Source: Octopus sinensis (taxonomy: Eukaryota). Taken from it: a DNA stretch of 64,000 nt. How positions within the stretch are numbered: position 1 is the stretch's first letter; each line of letters opens with the position of its first letter. The DNA is taken from NCBI RefSeq assembly GCF_006345805.1, contig NC_043015.1, positions 14,384,001 to 14,448,000 on the forward strand. The letters are read 5' to 3'. Shown piece after piece: positions 12,460 through 24,126 of this stretch. The position numbers and the translations under genes are program-made. Under the pieces are notes generated by a model that was given only the letters and a program-made list of their open reading frames with translations, had not been told where the DNA came from and ran no database searches.

Positions 12460-13640
12460 ATGGTAATTTAAAAGATCCAAAAGTACATATGACAATTTAC
12501 AGAAATAGACAGGTGAAACTACTGGTGCTTACACAGAAGCCACTTTTTAATTATCCTGGCCAACAATCATTTAACAAATGATTGGTAAACAAGGCTATAC
12601 ACCCAGGCAAGAATACATTGATATGACTGCCCTTTTCTGGAAGTGCATGCCAGCCAGAACTTTGATTTCTCAAGAATCTAAAATTTCATCTGGAAGAAAA
12701 TAGCCCTGCAAATATGAAATTAAAATGCCTCCTTGCATATCACTCAAAAAAACCCAAGAGCTTTCAAAGGTTATACAAATTTACCTCTGATTTGGTGTTC
12801 AAATAAGAAGGCATAGATGAATGACTAAGAGCTTTTTCAAAGAGCAACATCTTTCGTCCTGCTGTAGAAAGGCACTGTGCCAGATACAATATTTTGATCA
12901 AAGCATTGCACCGTTTAGACAAAGCACCAAGCCATTTGGTAAACTTAAATGAGCTTTGTGATAATGTGAGGGTAGAATATATCACCAAGAATACAATTTC
13001 TTTGCTCCAGTCAATGTATCACGGTGTGATAGCTAACTTCAAAGAATATTTTATAGAAGAACTTTCAAGTAACTTATGAAAGAAATTGACAGGAAGGATA
13101 ATCCTACAGTTAGAGAGTACTAAAAGAAATTCAACATAATAGATGAAATGAAACCCTCGAATTTGAATGGTACTCTTTAAAATATATGGCTTGGCTGCAA
13201 CTGTCAAAGTATAAGCCAACATCAAATTTGGTAAAATAATGCAACATTTGCAAATGATGTAGGATTTGATGAAGTCATATTGGAGAATGTGGTTGATTTG
13301 CTAGTGCCCCATAAAGAAACTAAGAATACAGAAATCTCACAAACTCCACTTAAATTGACTGCAAGGAATACTGCTACAGTGTTGGCTGTTGTAAAGAGAA
13401 ATCTTAAGTTTTTGTAGCTAACAATCTTAATCATAAATGTAGCATAAAAATTATAAGAAAAGTTTATAATGAGCTCAGTTATTACACTGAGCTGCATAAA
13501 AAGATGATGCACCATGAACATCAAACAGGTAGGTTTTTCACCCCTCAACTAGATGTTGATGAAAATGAGCTATCAGATAAAAGATAGAGCCCCTCATCCT
13601 CCTAGTAAATCCCATTCCATTATCACTCCTCAGTCAGCAG
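12460..13640 (+). mobile_element. Decayed Tigger/pogo transposase fossil in RABL2 intron 3
   Basis: LDKAPSH...NVRVEYITKNTISLLQSMYHGVIANFKEYF corresponds to the DDE_1 motifs LDNAPGH and PNTTSLLQPMDQGVIANFK; many stops and frameshifts. Confidence 0.8.
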
Positions 13641-13736
13641 TCAACATCTTTTGTGATAAGAATATTATGATATTCTGATTCTATTTATTTCCTAAAGCAT
13701 TTTCTCTTCAAATGATTTTATGTCCTTTTTACTCAC

Positions 13737-13816
13737 CTACTGAAACCTTTTGTCCATTTACTTTCATTTTGTGGTTAAATGTAGTCAAGGCATATGTGGA
13801 CGATTGTTGTGGTTTG
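13737..13816 (-). CDS. RABL2: RABL2 coding exon 3 (KPQQSSTYALTTFNHKMKVNGQKVSV), switch I
   Basis: 80 nt, phase 2 to 1; donor gtgagt; matches human QPQQLSTYALT. Confidence 0.93.
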
Positions 13817-14640
13817 CTAAGTGTATATAAAGGATAATAACAAATTTATTTCAGGTTTCATTTACAAACACATTCTCATTGTATTGACCAGACTATCGGA
13901 TGTTATTATAAATCACTGGTCACAATGCATTTGCTTGCATGGTTGTAGCATTCGAATGATGCCTGGCTATGCAAGCAGACCAATATTCCTTCTGAACCAG
14001 TCCATCATAGGGTTAACCATTTACGGCTGAGTGGACTGGAGCAAAATGAAATGAAGTGTTTCACTCAAGAACATAATGCACTGTTGGTCTTGGGATTGAA
14101 ACCACAATCTTGCAATTGTGAGTGCAACACTCAAACCACTTGACCATGCAACTTCACACACTATGTAGAAATATATTGGGTTTCTTTTAACTTGAAGGAA
14201 GTACTCATTACTACCTATTTAAAAGCAAACCCAACAGAAAAGAATGCTTTAAAGAAACAAACATTATTTTATGAAAATAATATTTTAAGGTGTCATAGAT
14301 TTAAGGCAGTATCAAAGAAATATATATAAGGGATGTCTTCTACTAGAGCCTCAGGCTGACCAAAGCCTTGTGAGTGGATTTGATAGACAGAAACTGAAAG
14401 AAGTCCGTTGTATATATGTGTGAGTGTGTTTATTATTTGTGTCCGTGTATGTCCACCCACCCACCATCACTTGACAATCGATGTTGGTGTACTTATGTCC
14501 CCGTCACTTAGTGGTTTGGCAAAAGAGACTGATAGAATAAGTACTAGGGCTTACAAAGAATAAGTCCTGGGGTCGATTTGTTCGACTAAAGGTGGTGCTC
14601 CAGCATGGCCACAGTCAAATAACTGAAACAAGTAAAAGAA

Positions 14641-14694
<54 letters not shown>

Positions 14695-15619
14695 ATTTCG
14701 TTTTGTTCTGTTTGGTAAACAGACGTGAATGAATTAAAATCAATAGGAACAGACATATGTAATGTAGGTCATGTCAAGTGGATCTGCACAGTAACCTAAA
14801 TGAAATAATTAATCAATAACTTTTCTTCTCTAGAAAAATTATTCATGACATGAACAAATTTTGAAGTCTTACAGAAGGTCATTTCATTGTCTAATTTTAT
14901 ATGTTCCTTCAGCTGTACTTGAAAACTAATACAGAAGTATATTATGATAATGACTATGGATCTAGTCATGTAAGCATCAAATGCATTTAAAGTATCCACA
15001 AAGCAACATGTCAGGTCTTGCTTACATTGATGCAATGAAACAAATTTGTATCTTAAAATGATTTAAGCTATAAGTGCAGTGAAAACTGTTCTAAACAGCT
15101 TCATAAATGAAGGGATCGTTTTGAACAGCAGAAACAACAGGCTTTATTTATTTAATTTGGCATATTTTATATTTTTAAATGGAAGATATTTACATCATTT
15201 ATATGAAGCAAATATGATGATTGGTTCTGCAATAATTATCCAATTAAAAGTTTCATTCATATCACTTAACAATCATTCTATTCAGTGAAAATAAATGCAG
15301 GGATACTTTTGAAGGCTGAAGAATTTTTTTTATGATTCATTGAAGCCATTTACCTTTTCTCTTTTACTTGTTTCAGTCATGACACTGTGGCCATGCTGGG
15401 GCACAATCTTGAAGAATTTTTAGTCAAATGAATCAACCCAAGGCTCATTCTTTTTTACACCAGATACTTATTTGGTTGGTCTCTTTTGCCAAACCACTAA
15501 GTTACAGGAATGTAAACACACCAATACCAGTTGTCAAGCAATGGATGGGGACAAACACAGACACTAAAATACACACACATAGATATAAATAAATGTATAT
15601 ATTCATATATAAATATGTG

Positions 15620-15656
<37 letters not shown>

Positions 15657-15663
15657 ATGTATC

Positions 15664-15703
<40 letters not shown>

Positions 15704-15858
15704 TATACACACATATATATATAAACTAGCAGTGACTGAGTGTTTTGTTAATGCATTGGCAAATGCTAACCACAGAGTAAGATGAAAATAATTGCATGTT
15801 AAAAAAAAAAAATCCGTGTTAGCAGAAAATATGTGGTAAGTTTTTAATAAAAGGATAC
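13817..15858 (-). other. U12-type (minor spliceosome) GT-AG intron, RABL2 intron 2
   Basis: The 5' splice site is GTATCCTTTT (15858-15849). A branch-like TCCTTTAT places its A 12 nt from the 3' end, and there is no polypyrimidine tract before ttag. Confidence 0.85.
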
Positions 15859-15888
15859 TATCCATCAATGAGAAATCTCTCCATTAAC
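15859..15888 (-). CDS. RABL2: RABL2 coding exon 2, 30 nt (K-LMERFLIDG-Y)
   Basis: Acceptor ttatcttttcag; phase 2 to 2; joins exons 1 and 3 in frame; matches human KLMERFLMDGF. Confidence 0.92.
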
Positions 15889-16689
15889 CTGAAAAGATAA
15901 AGCAAATTTCTAGATGTAAATACAATAAACACTTACACAATACTTAATACTTACTTTATCATTACATCTACCTCAACCTCAATTTCTAACCATTTGTCAC
16001 TCTCCTCCCCACACTTTTATGAAATTACCCCAAATTTCCTTTCCTCTTGATCCACAGTCTATATCCTCCCTTCCACTCACCTTATTGTGCCTCGAAAGTA
16101 CACTCTGGCACCCTGTCACCACCATCTTTATCTCGCATCAAGTTACTCTTGCCCGCCCTCACATAATGCAGAGTAGCCATGTATTGATTGCCTCTATAAC
16201 AAAATACCTGTGCTCGTCTCTCTCTATCATATAAAGTGGTTGACATTAGGAAGGGCATCCAGCTGTAGGAACTATGCCAAAACTGAGATAGTTACCTGAC
16301 GCAATCCTGCAGTTTGTCAGATACTGTCAAACCTTCTGACACCTGCCAGCATGGAAATCATCATCATCATCATCATCATTTAACATCTATGTTTCATACT
16401 GGCATGTGCTGGATGATTTGACAGGAAGTGGCAAATCAGAATACTATACCAAGTTTTTGGTATGTTTTCTACAACTGGATGTCCTTCCTAATGCCAACCT
16501 CTAGTGGGAACAATCTTTAAAAATGCTCTCCCATCTTTTTATGGAGAACTGGCTTTGTGCAAGAGAGCACAAGAGCAGCCCGTTTTCATTTCAAAGATAT
16601 AAACATAATAAGGCCGAAACAATGCAAAATGAAACATAAAAGTGAACTACAAAAATGAAGACGGAACAACAGTTGAAGTTTTACCTTGT

Positions 16690-17590
16690 ATTTTTAGATA
16701 TTTCATGATTAGGACCCCTTCATCAAGAAATAGGAAATGGAAAAAAAAGCTATTACTAATGCTCAGATATGTGGGAGAGAGAGTAGTGACATGCACATGT
16801 TAGTGTTGTCATGACAGCCAGTCTGCTTTATGTAGTTCTCATCTGTTCTTTAATGCTGGTTTCACCTTATTAATTAGGATAGCCGCCATAACTCAAAGAT
16901 TGTCTATTCCACATTCCATGGCCCTAACGAATACAATAATGCCCCATGTTTGGAACTTTTGCAAATATTTATAGACTGAAATGTTTGTGCACATGTGTTC
17001 TTTGATGTGAATGTGCAATTTTCTGATAGCGCTCCTAGTGAAGGATGCACACACTGTGCTGCAGACTACCTCATATACCAAATAGGCCCTCAACCATATT
17101 TTCAAGCCACTGATGTGGCAGTTGGACAGTGTGCACCCCAAGATGCTGATTGCAGCATGATTTCTGGACAGAAATTTCATCAGGGGTGGACCTGACTGCA
17201 TCATCTGTATGTTTAGTCTTTCTATACATGTCACATGATGGATTGCAGCAGCAATTCTTTTGTCAAAATAGGGTAATTTTAAGAAACAGATGTTAGTCTT
17301 GGGAGTATGGGCTGACCTTCCTTCTTCTCTCTTCCTACATTTTATCATTTTGTCAAAACTCAGACCTATAGTCTCTAGAATTCCAGCTGTCGACATCTTA
17401 ACTAATCACATCACATCTTTTTCCTTTCTGCCTCTGTCTCCTCTTCTTCCCTTTCTTCTTATACCAACCTCCTTTGCTTTGGTCTTACACCCTCGAACAT
17501 TCAAGAACTTTTGACCATCAGAGTATGTAACACATACTTCCAAAACAATAACATTGTATACAAACAGGTCTCAGGTCTACTGATAGATCA
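16690..17590 (-). mobile_element. Decayed Penelope-like element: thumb/GIY-YIG region on minus, plus an inverted RT fragment on plus at ~17515-17585
   Basis: ORF 16893-17396 has LKLPYF...YLVYEVVCSTVCASF..SAIRKLHIHIKEH (GIY-YIG). The plus strand has YFQNNNIVYKQVSGL, a PLE RT motif. Confidence 0.7.
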
Positions 17591-17869
17591 AACCCACCAA
17601 GTCTGCTGGCCATCACATATGGAACAGCCGGAGCACATGGTGCACCCCATGGTGCACTTGCCACTCTTGCATCTTCTCCATGTATGTAGATGATATACTA
17701 ATGCTTACATCACCCCCAGGAGGAAGCCATCATCATATACCAGAAATTTGATAATGCACATGAATACATCAAATTCAAGACATAACAGCTCAGGTAAATC
17801 TAGAGCCCTCTCTCTGCTTGATTTCCAACTCAGAATTACAGGGAAGGGTTTCATTTGCACCAGCTTACT

Positions 17870-19135
17870 TCTGGATGGACCAGCTGCCTTTCCCGTTTTC
17901 ATTTCCTTCATTGCCTCTTCTACTTCTTCCCGATTAACCCACTCCACTGGCCCCTCCATTACATCAACTTCCATCCTCTGATCTCATTCATAATTCCCTC
18001 CATATGCACCTTCCAAACTCTTCCCCTGTCCTTCTCACTAAAATTCAACCTTCTATCACTCCCCACTCTCCCTCAACATCTCTTCCATCTTTTATCATTG
18101 ATTTAATAAACTTAAACACTCTATCTGGGTTCTCATCCAACCTGCTCAACCTCTTCTCAGCCTCCTTCCTCATAGATCTCACAATCACCCTCATTGCATG
18201 ATTCTTCATGTTATTATACCTGGCTTTCATATGCTCAGTTAATCATTACATAAAGCTTTATGCGCCTCCTTCTTCCTCGCTATTGCATCTCTCACCTTGT
18301 TCCACCATCACGTATCTCCTCAATCTCTCCTACCTTTTGTCTTTCCATACACCTCATCACATGCCTTCAGTACCCCTTCTTTAAAAGACTTTCACAAATC
18401 CGGTGCATCAATGCTTACCAACTCCTCAACTCTCTCCTCAAACCTTGCTCTTATTTCTTTTTCCTTCAGTTTCCACACCTTTCTCCTCCAAACCATTCCC
18501 TTTCTCACACACTTTTTAACTTTCCTCTTATCCAAATCAGCAACAAACCAACTTGTCCTGCAACTCCCCTGGTATTGTCTTCACATCTCTCAGATACTTT
18601 CTGTTTTTCCTGCCAACCAACACAAAGTCAATCTCTGTCTCATTCCCTCTTGCACTGAAAGTCACCTTCCTTTTCTCTGTTTTCCTAAACCACGTGTTCA
18701 CCACACACAACTCTTTCTCATCACAAAACTCCAACAGGATCCTTCCTTCTACATTTTTCTCCCAAATTCCATTTCCCCCCTACACACCCTCAAAGCCCTA
18801 CATCCATTTCCCAACATGTCCATTAAAATCATCCATGCCTAAAACCAATTCATCCACCTTATGTAAGTTTCACTCATTCGCCATTTCATCAAAAACTGCT
18901 CTTTCTCAGCAATCCTTCTTCCACTTTGTGGACCATACCCACAAATCACCCTCACCATTCCTTCCTCAAATGCTAACACTACTGTCACTCTTTCTCCTGA
19001 CCTCCACCATCTTCTCATAGATTTCTTCCTTCACCAAAACACCCACACCTCCAGTTCCCTTGTTATTTCCCAACCACCACAACTTGTACCTTCCTTCCTT
19101 CACCACCACAAATCTTGCACCCTGGCCCCTGCACA
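17870..19135 (-). mobile_element. RTE-clade LINE fragment: AP endonuclease and linker
   Basis: Minus ORFs MEFCDEKELCVVNTWFRK...ETEIDFVLV and EEVEEAMKEMKTGKAAGPS. Confidence 0.85.
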
Positions 19136-19204
19136 CAGCACACATCCATCCTCTTCTTCCTCAATTCCTCCTCCATGCAGACTGCCCACATTCCAACTTC
19201 CCAG

Positions 19205-19237
19205 CCTTGCCCCAAGCTTCAAAAATATATATGCATG

Positions 19238-19285
<48 letters not shown>

Positions 19286-19287
19286 TA

Positions 19288-19342
<55 letters not shown>

Positions 19343-19444
19343 TATGGGAATATTATTCCAAACTTACAAGGAAAAATTCAATTTAGAAATACTAAATCAA
19401 ATTTAATTTTTCATTATTGAATTGATAAAAGGTAGCTTTTTCTA

Positions 19445-19475
<31 letters not shown>

Positions 19476-19585
19476 CCAGAGGTAGAGTAATATGCTTTAT
19501 TTAAAAGCTGCTGCTTTTAAATAAAGTATATATATATATTCATGTATATGCATGCATGTGTTGTTGTGCATGTTTATACATGCAC

Positions 19586-19660
<75 letters not shown>
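19205..19660. repeat. Microsatellite cluster (TA)n, (AAT)n, (TG)n; similar tracts occur throughout the window
   Basis: Directly visible, e.g. (aat)n at ~19295-19341 and (ta)n at 19606-19657. Confidence 0.95.
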
Positions 19661-19984
19661 AAATATACTAATGTTACTGGTGTCCATGAATTATACCCAC
19701 AACAAATCTGTCCCTATTCTTCCCATATACTTTAATCTCTCAACACTCTACATAAAGCAACTGCTCTACCATTCTCCCTCTTGGTTGAGTACTCCTGAAA
19801 GTTACATGGTTTCACTACTGCTGAAGCTATGGAAAACAGTACCCAGCACAAAGCTGTTAAGTGGGTGGCATTAAGCCATGCAAAAACTGATGCACTGGAG
19901 TAAAACATGGTTCTCTGACCTGTTAGATCCTATTGAAACATCCAATACATAGCAACATGAAAAGAAGATGTAAAAATGAGGATA

Positions 19985-20600
19985 ATGATATACACACATA
20001 CAGCGCGATAAAGAAAAGCTGATCTCTAAAGTGGATGGAATACATGGAGGTGGGAGACCCAGGAAGACATGGGATGAAGTACTGAAGAATGAGCTCAGGA
20101 AGCTGAACCTTTCAGGTAAGATAACAAAGGACCGAAATACCTGGCACCTTTCAATACTTAGAAGACCCATACTCCACAGCAGAAGTGTTAAGACTGATCC
20201 TTCTGGTGGTGTAAAGCACTTATGGTGATACCCATGTGGTGCCATGTAAAAGCACCCAGCATACTCTGTAAAGTGGTTGGCATTAGGAAAGGCATCCAGT
20301 TGAAGAAACCATGCCAAATTAGACTGGAGTTTGGTGCAGCTCCCCAGCTTGCCAGCTCTGGTCAAACCATCCAACCCATGTCAGCATGGACAACAGACGT
20401 ATAGCTGCTAGAATAAGAATAGTCTAGACAAAATTCAGAGAGCTGTTACCTCTGTTAGTAAAGAAGGGCCTCTTGCTCAGAGTGAAAGGCAGATTGTATG
20501 ATGCCCATGTACAAATAGCTATGCTACATGACAGTGAGATATGGGCAGTGACTACTGAGGATATATGAAGGCTTAAACGAAATGAAGCCATATCCCAATC
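19985..20600 (+). mobile_element. Two RTE LINE 3' fragments with an RTE-derived tail
   Basis: GGGRPRKTWDEVLKNELRKL and AWTKFRELLPLLVRRASCSE-like segment, homologous to 21925-22750. Confidence 0.7.
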
Positions 20601-20619
20601 TAATGATATTAATAATGCT

Positions 20620-21880
20620 GTCAATATAAATAAGAACATTAATAGTAGGTTGCCACTGAATAAAATTTGTAACTTCAGAACCCCCAAACCCTGTTCGCTT
20701 GCAGGATCATGTCTTCGATACAATGTTGTGTATAAATGTATAGTTAACATAGCCAATAGACAAAACAAGATATATATAGGTAGTACAATAGAATTCAAAA
20801 GAAGATATAGGGCCCATCTGAATTCCTTTTCAAACCCTTAGTATAAGAATTCCACTACCTTAGCGGCATATATAAATAAATTTAGGGATAGTAACTTGCC
20901 TTATGACCTGACATGGTCCATAATTGTGAGGGTTCCCCCATACGGTAATGGTTCTGATAGGTGTACATTGTGTGTAAGGGAATCATATCTAACACTTAAA
21001 TTATATAACACTAATATGTTTAACCCTTTAGTATTTAAACCGGCCATATCCGGCCAAAATAGTTAATCTGTTTTATGTTCAAACTGACCAGATCCAGGCT
21101 CTCACACCTACCCTACAATGTTATTCTACATTAAGTAATTACACCATCAAGATCTTGATGGTGTAATCAAGATGGTGTAATAAGATATGAGATAATGCAT
21201 GATTAATTCAAATCAATGGGAATCAATAGGCATTATGTTTGATGGAATAATCTGAACACTAAAGGGTTAAATAAGTTTTCAGATGCGATCTCTTCCTATA
21301 GCCATAAATTTCCCTCTACATTTCTAAACACCAATAAAATTAGGTCTAAAAGGGGAATTGAATTAGAATAATGTTTGTAGATATAATTGCAATTCACCAG
21401 TATTTGGATTCTTTCGCGCATAGCAAACATGGGATCATTTGCATACAAGATGTAAAATATTTTATTAGGAATTTTTGATGCTGCTAGACTATTAGTACGA
21501 TGAAATTTACCAAGGAGGTCATCATCCTGCATAACTGGAATATTTAATTTTTAACCATGACTGGTAATGTACCCTTGAAACAACCATAGATGGAACACTC
21601 TCCTATTTTTGGATCCTATTTTATTATGTTTTTCTTAACTTTGATATCTAGCATTATTTCTATCTTATATTCTATATGTATAAGTGATTTTTTAGATGAT
21701 TTAGGCGGTTTGCCATTTAAAGGTTGACGTTTTTATTCCTATATTTATCAACCTCTCATTCATTTTGCACCTCCTATTATTAATCACGCATAACTTCTTA
21801 CATGTAAAGTTTATTTATATGTAATTTTATATGTATTTTTAAATATTTTTATATTTCTTCTATATTTCTATGTATGTTTG
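20620..21880 (+). mobile_element. 3' part of a Penelope-like element (GIY-YIG endonuclease and 3' terminus), interrupted by a MITE
   Basis: CNFRTPKPCSLAGSCLRYNVVYKCIV...KIYIGSTIEFKRRYRAHLNSF...LTWSII...RCTLCVRE. Confidence 0.85.
21024..21266. mobile_element. piggyBac-type MITE with TTAA target duplication; related copies at ~35234-35655, ~26934, ~9880, ~39368-39587
   Basis: ttaa-ccctttag ... ctaaaggg-ttaa termini. Removing it restores continuity of the flanking PLE sequence. Confidence 0.8.
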
Positions 21881-21924
21881 GTTTTACAATTGGTGAATCC
21901 TTACACCTATATATGCATGATTTA

Positions 21925-23152
21925 TGTTGGTAGACCAATCACAAACGCCTTCAGGTAGATGGCCCTGCTCGATCTGTAAAAAAGGCGTAGGTAGAAACTC
22001 TAAAAGATGCACCAAATGTAAGCTATGGACACATAAGAGATGTAGTAATGTCAAAGGAAGACTAACTAGGAAAATAGTTTTTATCTGTGGCAGATGCTCA
22101 GGAGCAATAAACTCTGAAAATATGCAGAGACCAACTTCTACCACGTTCCAGGGAGAAAAACTAGAAGTAGTTGATAGCTTCCGCTACCTAGGTGACCAAG
22201 TCAGTAGCGGGGGCAGGTGTGCTGAAAGTGTAACTGCTAGAGTAAGAATAGCCTGGGCAAAGTTTAGAGAGCTCTTACCCCTGCTGGTGACAAAAGGCCT
22301 CTCGCTCAAAGTAAAAGGCAGACTGTATGATGCATGTGTACATACAGCCATGCTACATGGTAGTGAAACTTGGGCTGTGACTGCTGAGGATTTGCGTAAG
22401 CTCGCAAGAAATGAAGCTAGTATGCTCCGATGGATGTGTAATGTCAGTGTTCATAATCGACAGAGTGTAAGTACCTTGAGAGAAAAGTTGGACCTAAGAA
22501 GCATCAGTTGTGTGCAAGAGACGTTTGCGCTGGTATGGTCATGTGACGAGAATGGCTGAAGATAGTTGTGTGCGAAAGCGCCACACTCTGGCAGTTGAGG
22601 GGACCTGTGGAAGAGGTAGACCCAGGAAAACCTGGGACGAGGTGGTGAAGCACGACCTTCGAACTTTAGGTCTCACCAAGGAAATGACTAGAGACCGAGA
22701 CCTATGGAAGTATGCTGTGTGTGAGAAGACCCGGCAAGACCAGTGACAACAGTCAAAATCGAAATCAAAATCCAACCAAATCAAATCAGATATCAGAAAG
22801 CAGAACCAAAATTGAGGTCGATCAACATCAGTGAAAATTGCAGCTGTGGTTAAGCGAACCATCCGATCGTGGCCGTTGCCGGAGCCGCCCCATCTAGCCT
22901 CCGTGCCGGTGGCACGTAAAAGCACCATCCGTTTGTGGCCGTTTTCCAGCTCCGTCTGGCACCTGTGCAGGTGGCACGTAAAAAGCACCCACTACACTCA
23001 TGGAGTGGTTGGCGTTAGGAAGGGCATCCAGCCGTAGAAACACTGCCAGATCAGACTTGGCCTGATGCAGTCTTCCGGCTTCACAGACCCCAGTTGAACC
23101 GTCCAACCCATGCTAGCATGGAAAGCGGACGCTAAATGATGATGATGATGAT
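21925..23152 (+). mobile_element. 5'-truncated RTE-clade LINE: RT C-terminal half with PHD-like insert, 3' UTR and (gat)n tail
   Basis: ORFs 21924-22559 and 22510-22746: LEVVDSFRYLG...AMLHGSETW...RRLRWYGHV...GRGRPRKTW; one frameshift near 22508. Confidence 0.92.
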
Positions 23153-24086
23153 GATTCAACTACTTTAATTCAATATTTCCATTTGTGTTCAGGAATCTGT
23201 TTGCCTATGATTTGTGTTTTCAATTTTCTCTACACTGTATTTTTTTACACTGGCTTTCTGTGAGCACTTCCTAAATAGCCCATACATTTTAAAACATGCT
23301 TAATATTATATATGTGTATATATTTATATGTATATAAACACTTGTGCATGAGTGTATATGTGTATATATATATATAAATATAAAAATACATACATATATA
23401 TACAAGGATATCCAGAAGTAATGCAGTATGATCGTTTCATACAACTCCATTTAATTGAGCAATGCAATTATTTCATTACATCAATTTAAAATGTAGAGCA
23501 ATCTTCAGCTGCACAACGATATAGAATTTAATTAAATAAGGACACATTAGTATAATTTTACCCAAAATCTCCAAGAGGATAAGGAGATAGACAAGGAACA
23601 TGTTTTACCAACAACATCATAGTTGTAACTCATATATACATATATGTATATATGTACTTGAGTGCGTGTGTGTGTATGTATACTTGGTGAATATGTATGT
23701 ATGCATGCATGTAAGTGTTTTACTGTCTCCTTGCTTTGACATCACATGATAGTTGTAAATGAATGTCTTCGTCATGCAGGCAATGTTATTCGTTTCCAAT
23801 CTTCTGTGAGAAACCTGGGTGATGACAAGGGACAAGAAGAGCAACTGGCCATTGTAAAACCGCCTCAACAAATTCTATGTAAGCATGGAAAAGTGGATGC
23901 TAAAACGATAACGATGTATAGCTACATCATACACATCAGACATGTCTCTTTCTCTCCCTCCTTCCTTTCTCTTTCTTTCTCTCTCCCTCTCTTTCTATAT
24001 ATAGTGTTGTGTCTTAAGATTCAACAAAATTTGTTTCAACACACAAATTCACATTAAGAATCTTGCCAACCAATTGCAAAAATGAA

Positions 24087-24120
<34 letters not shown>

Positions 24121-24126
<6 letters not shown>

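Noticed and set aside
14796-15035. ORF with HIKLDNEMTF and a gtaag donor as a possible RABL2 exon 3
   Set aside because: It lacks PQQxSTYALT and would give Y instead of D before FWDT. The exon at 13737-13816 fits the sequence, phases and U12 signals.
21510-21600. Hammerhead expected at the 3' end of the 20620-21880 PLE
   Set aside because: Only catc/gatg pairing and a GAAA remain. The core and stem III are too degenerate to call.
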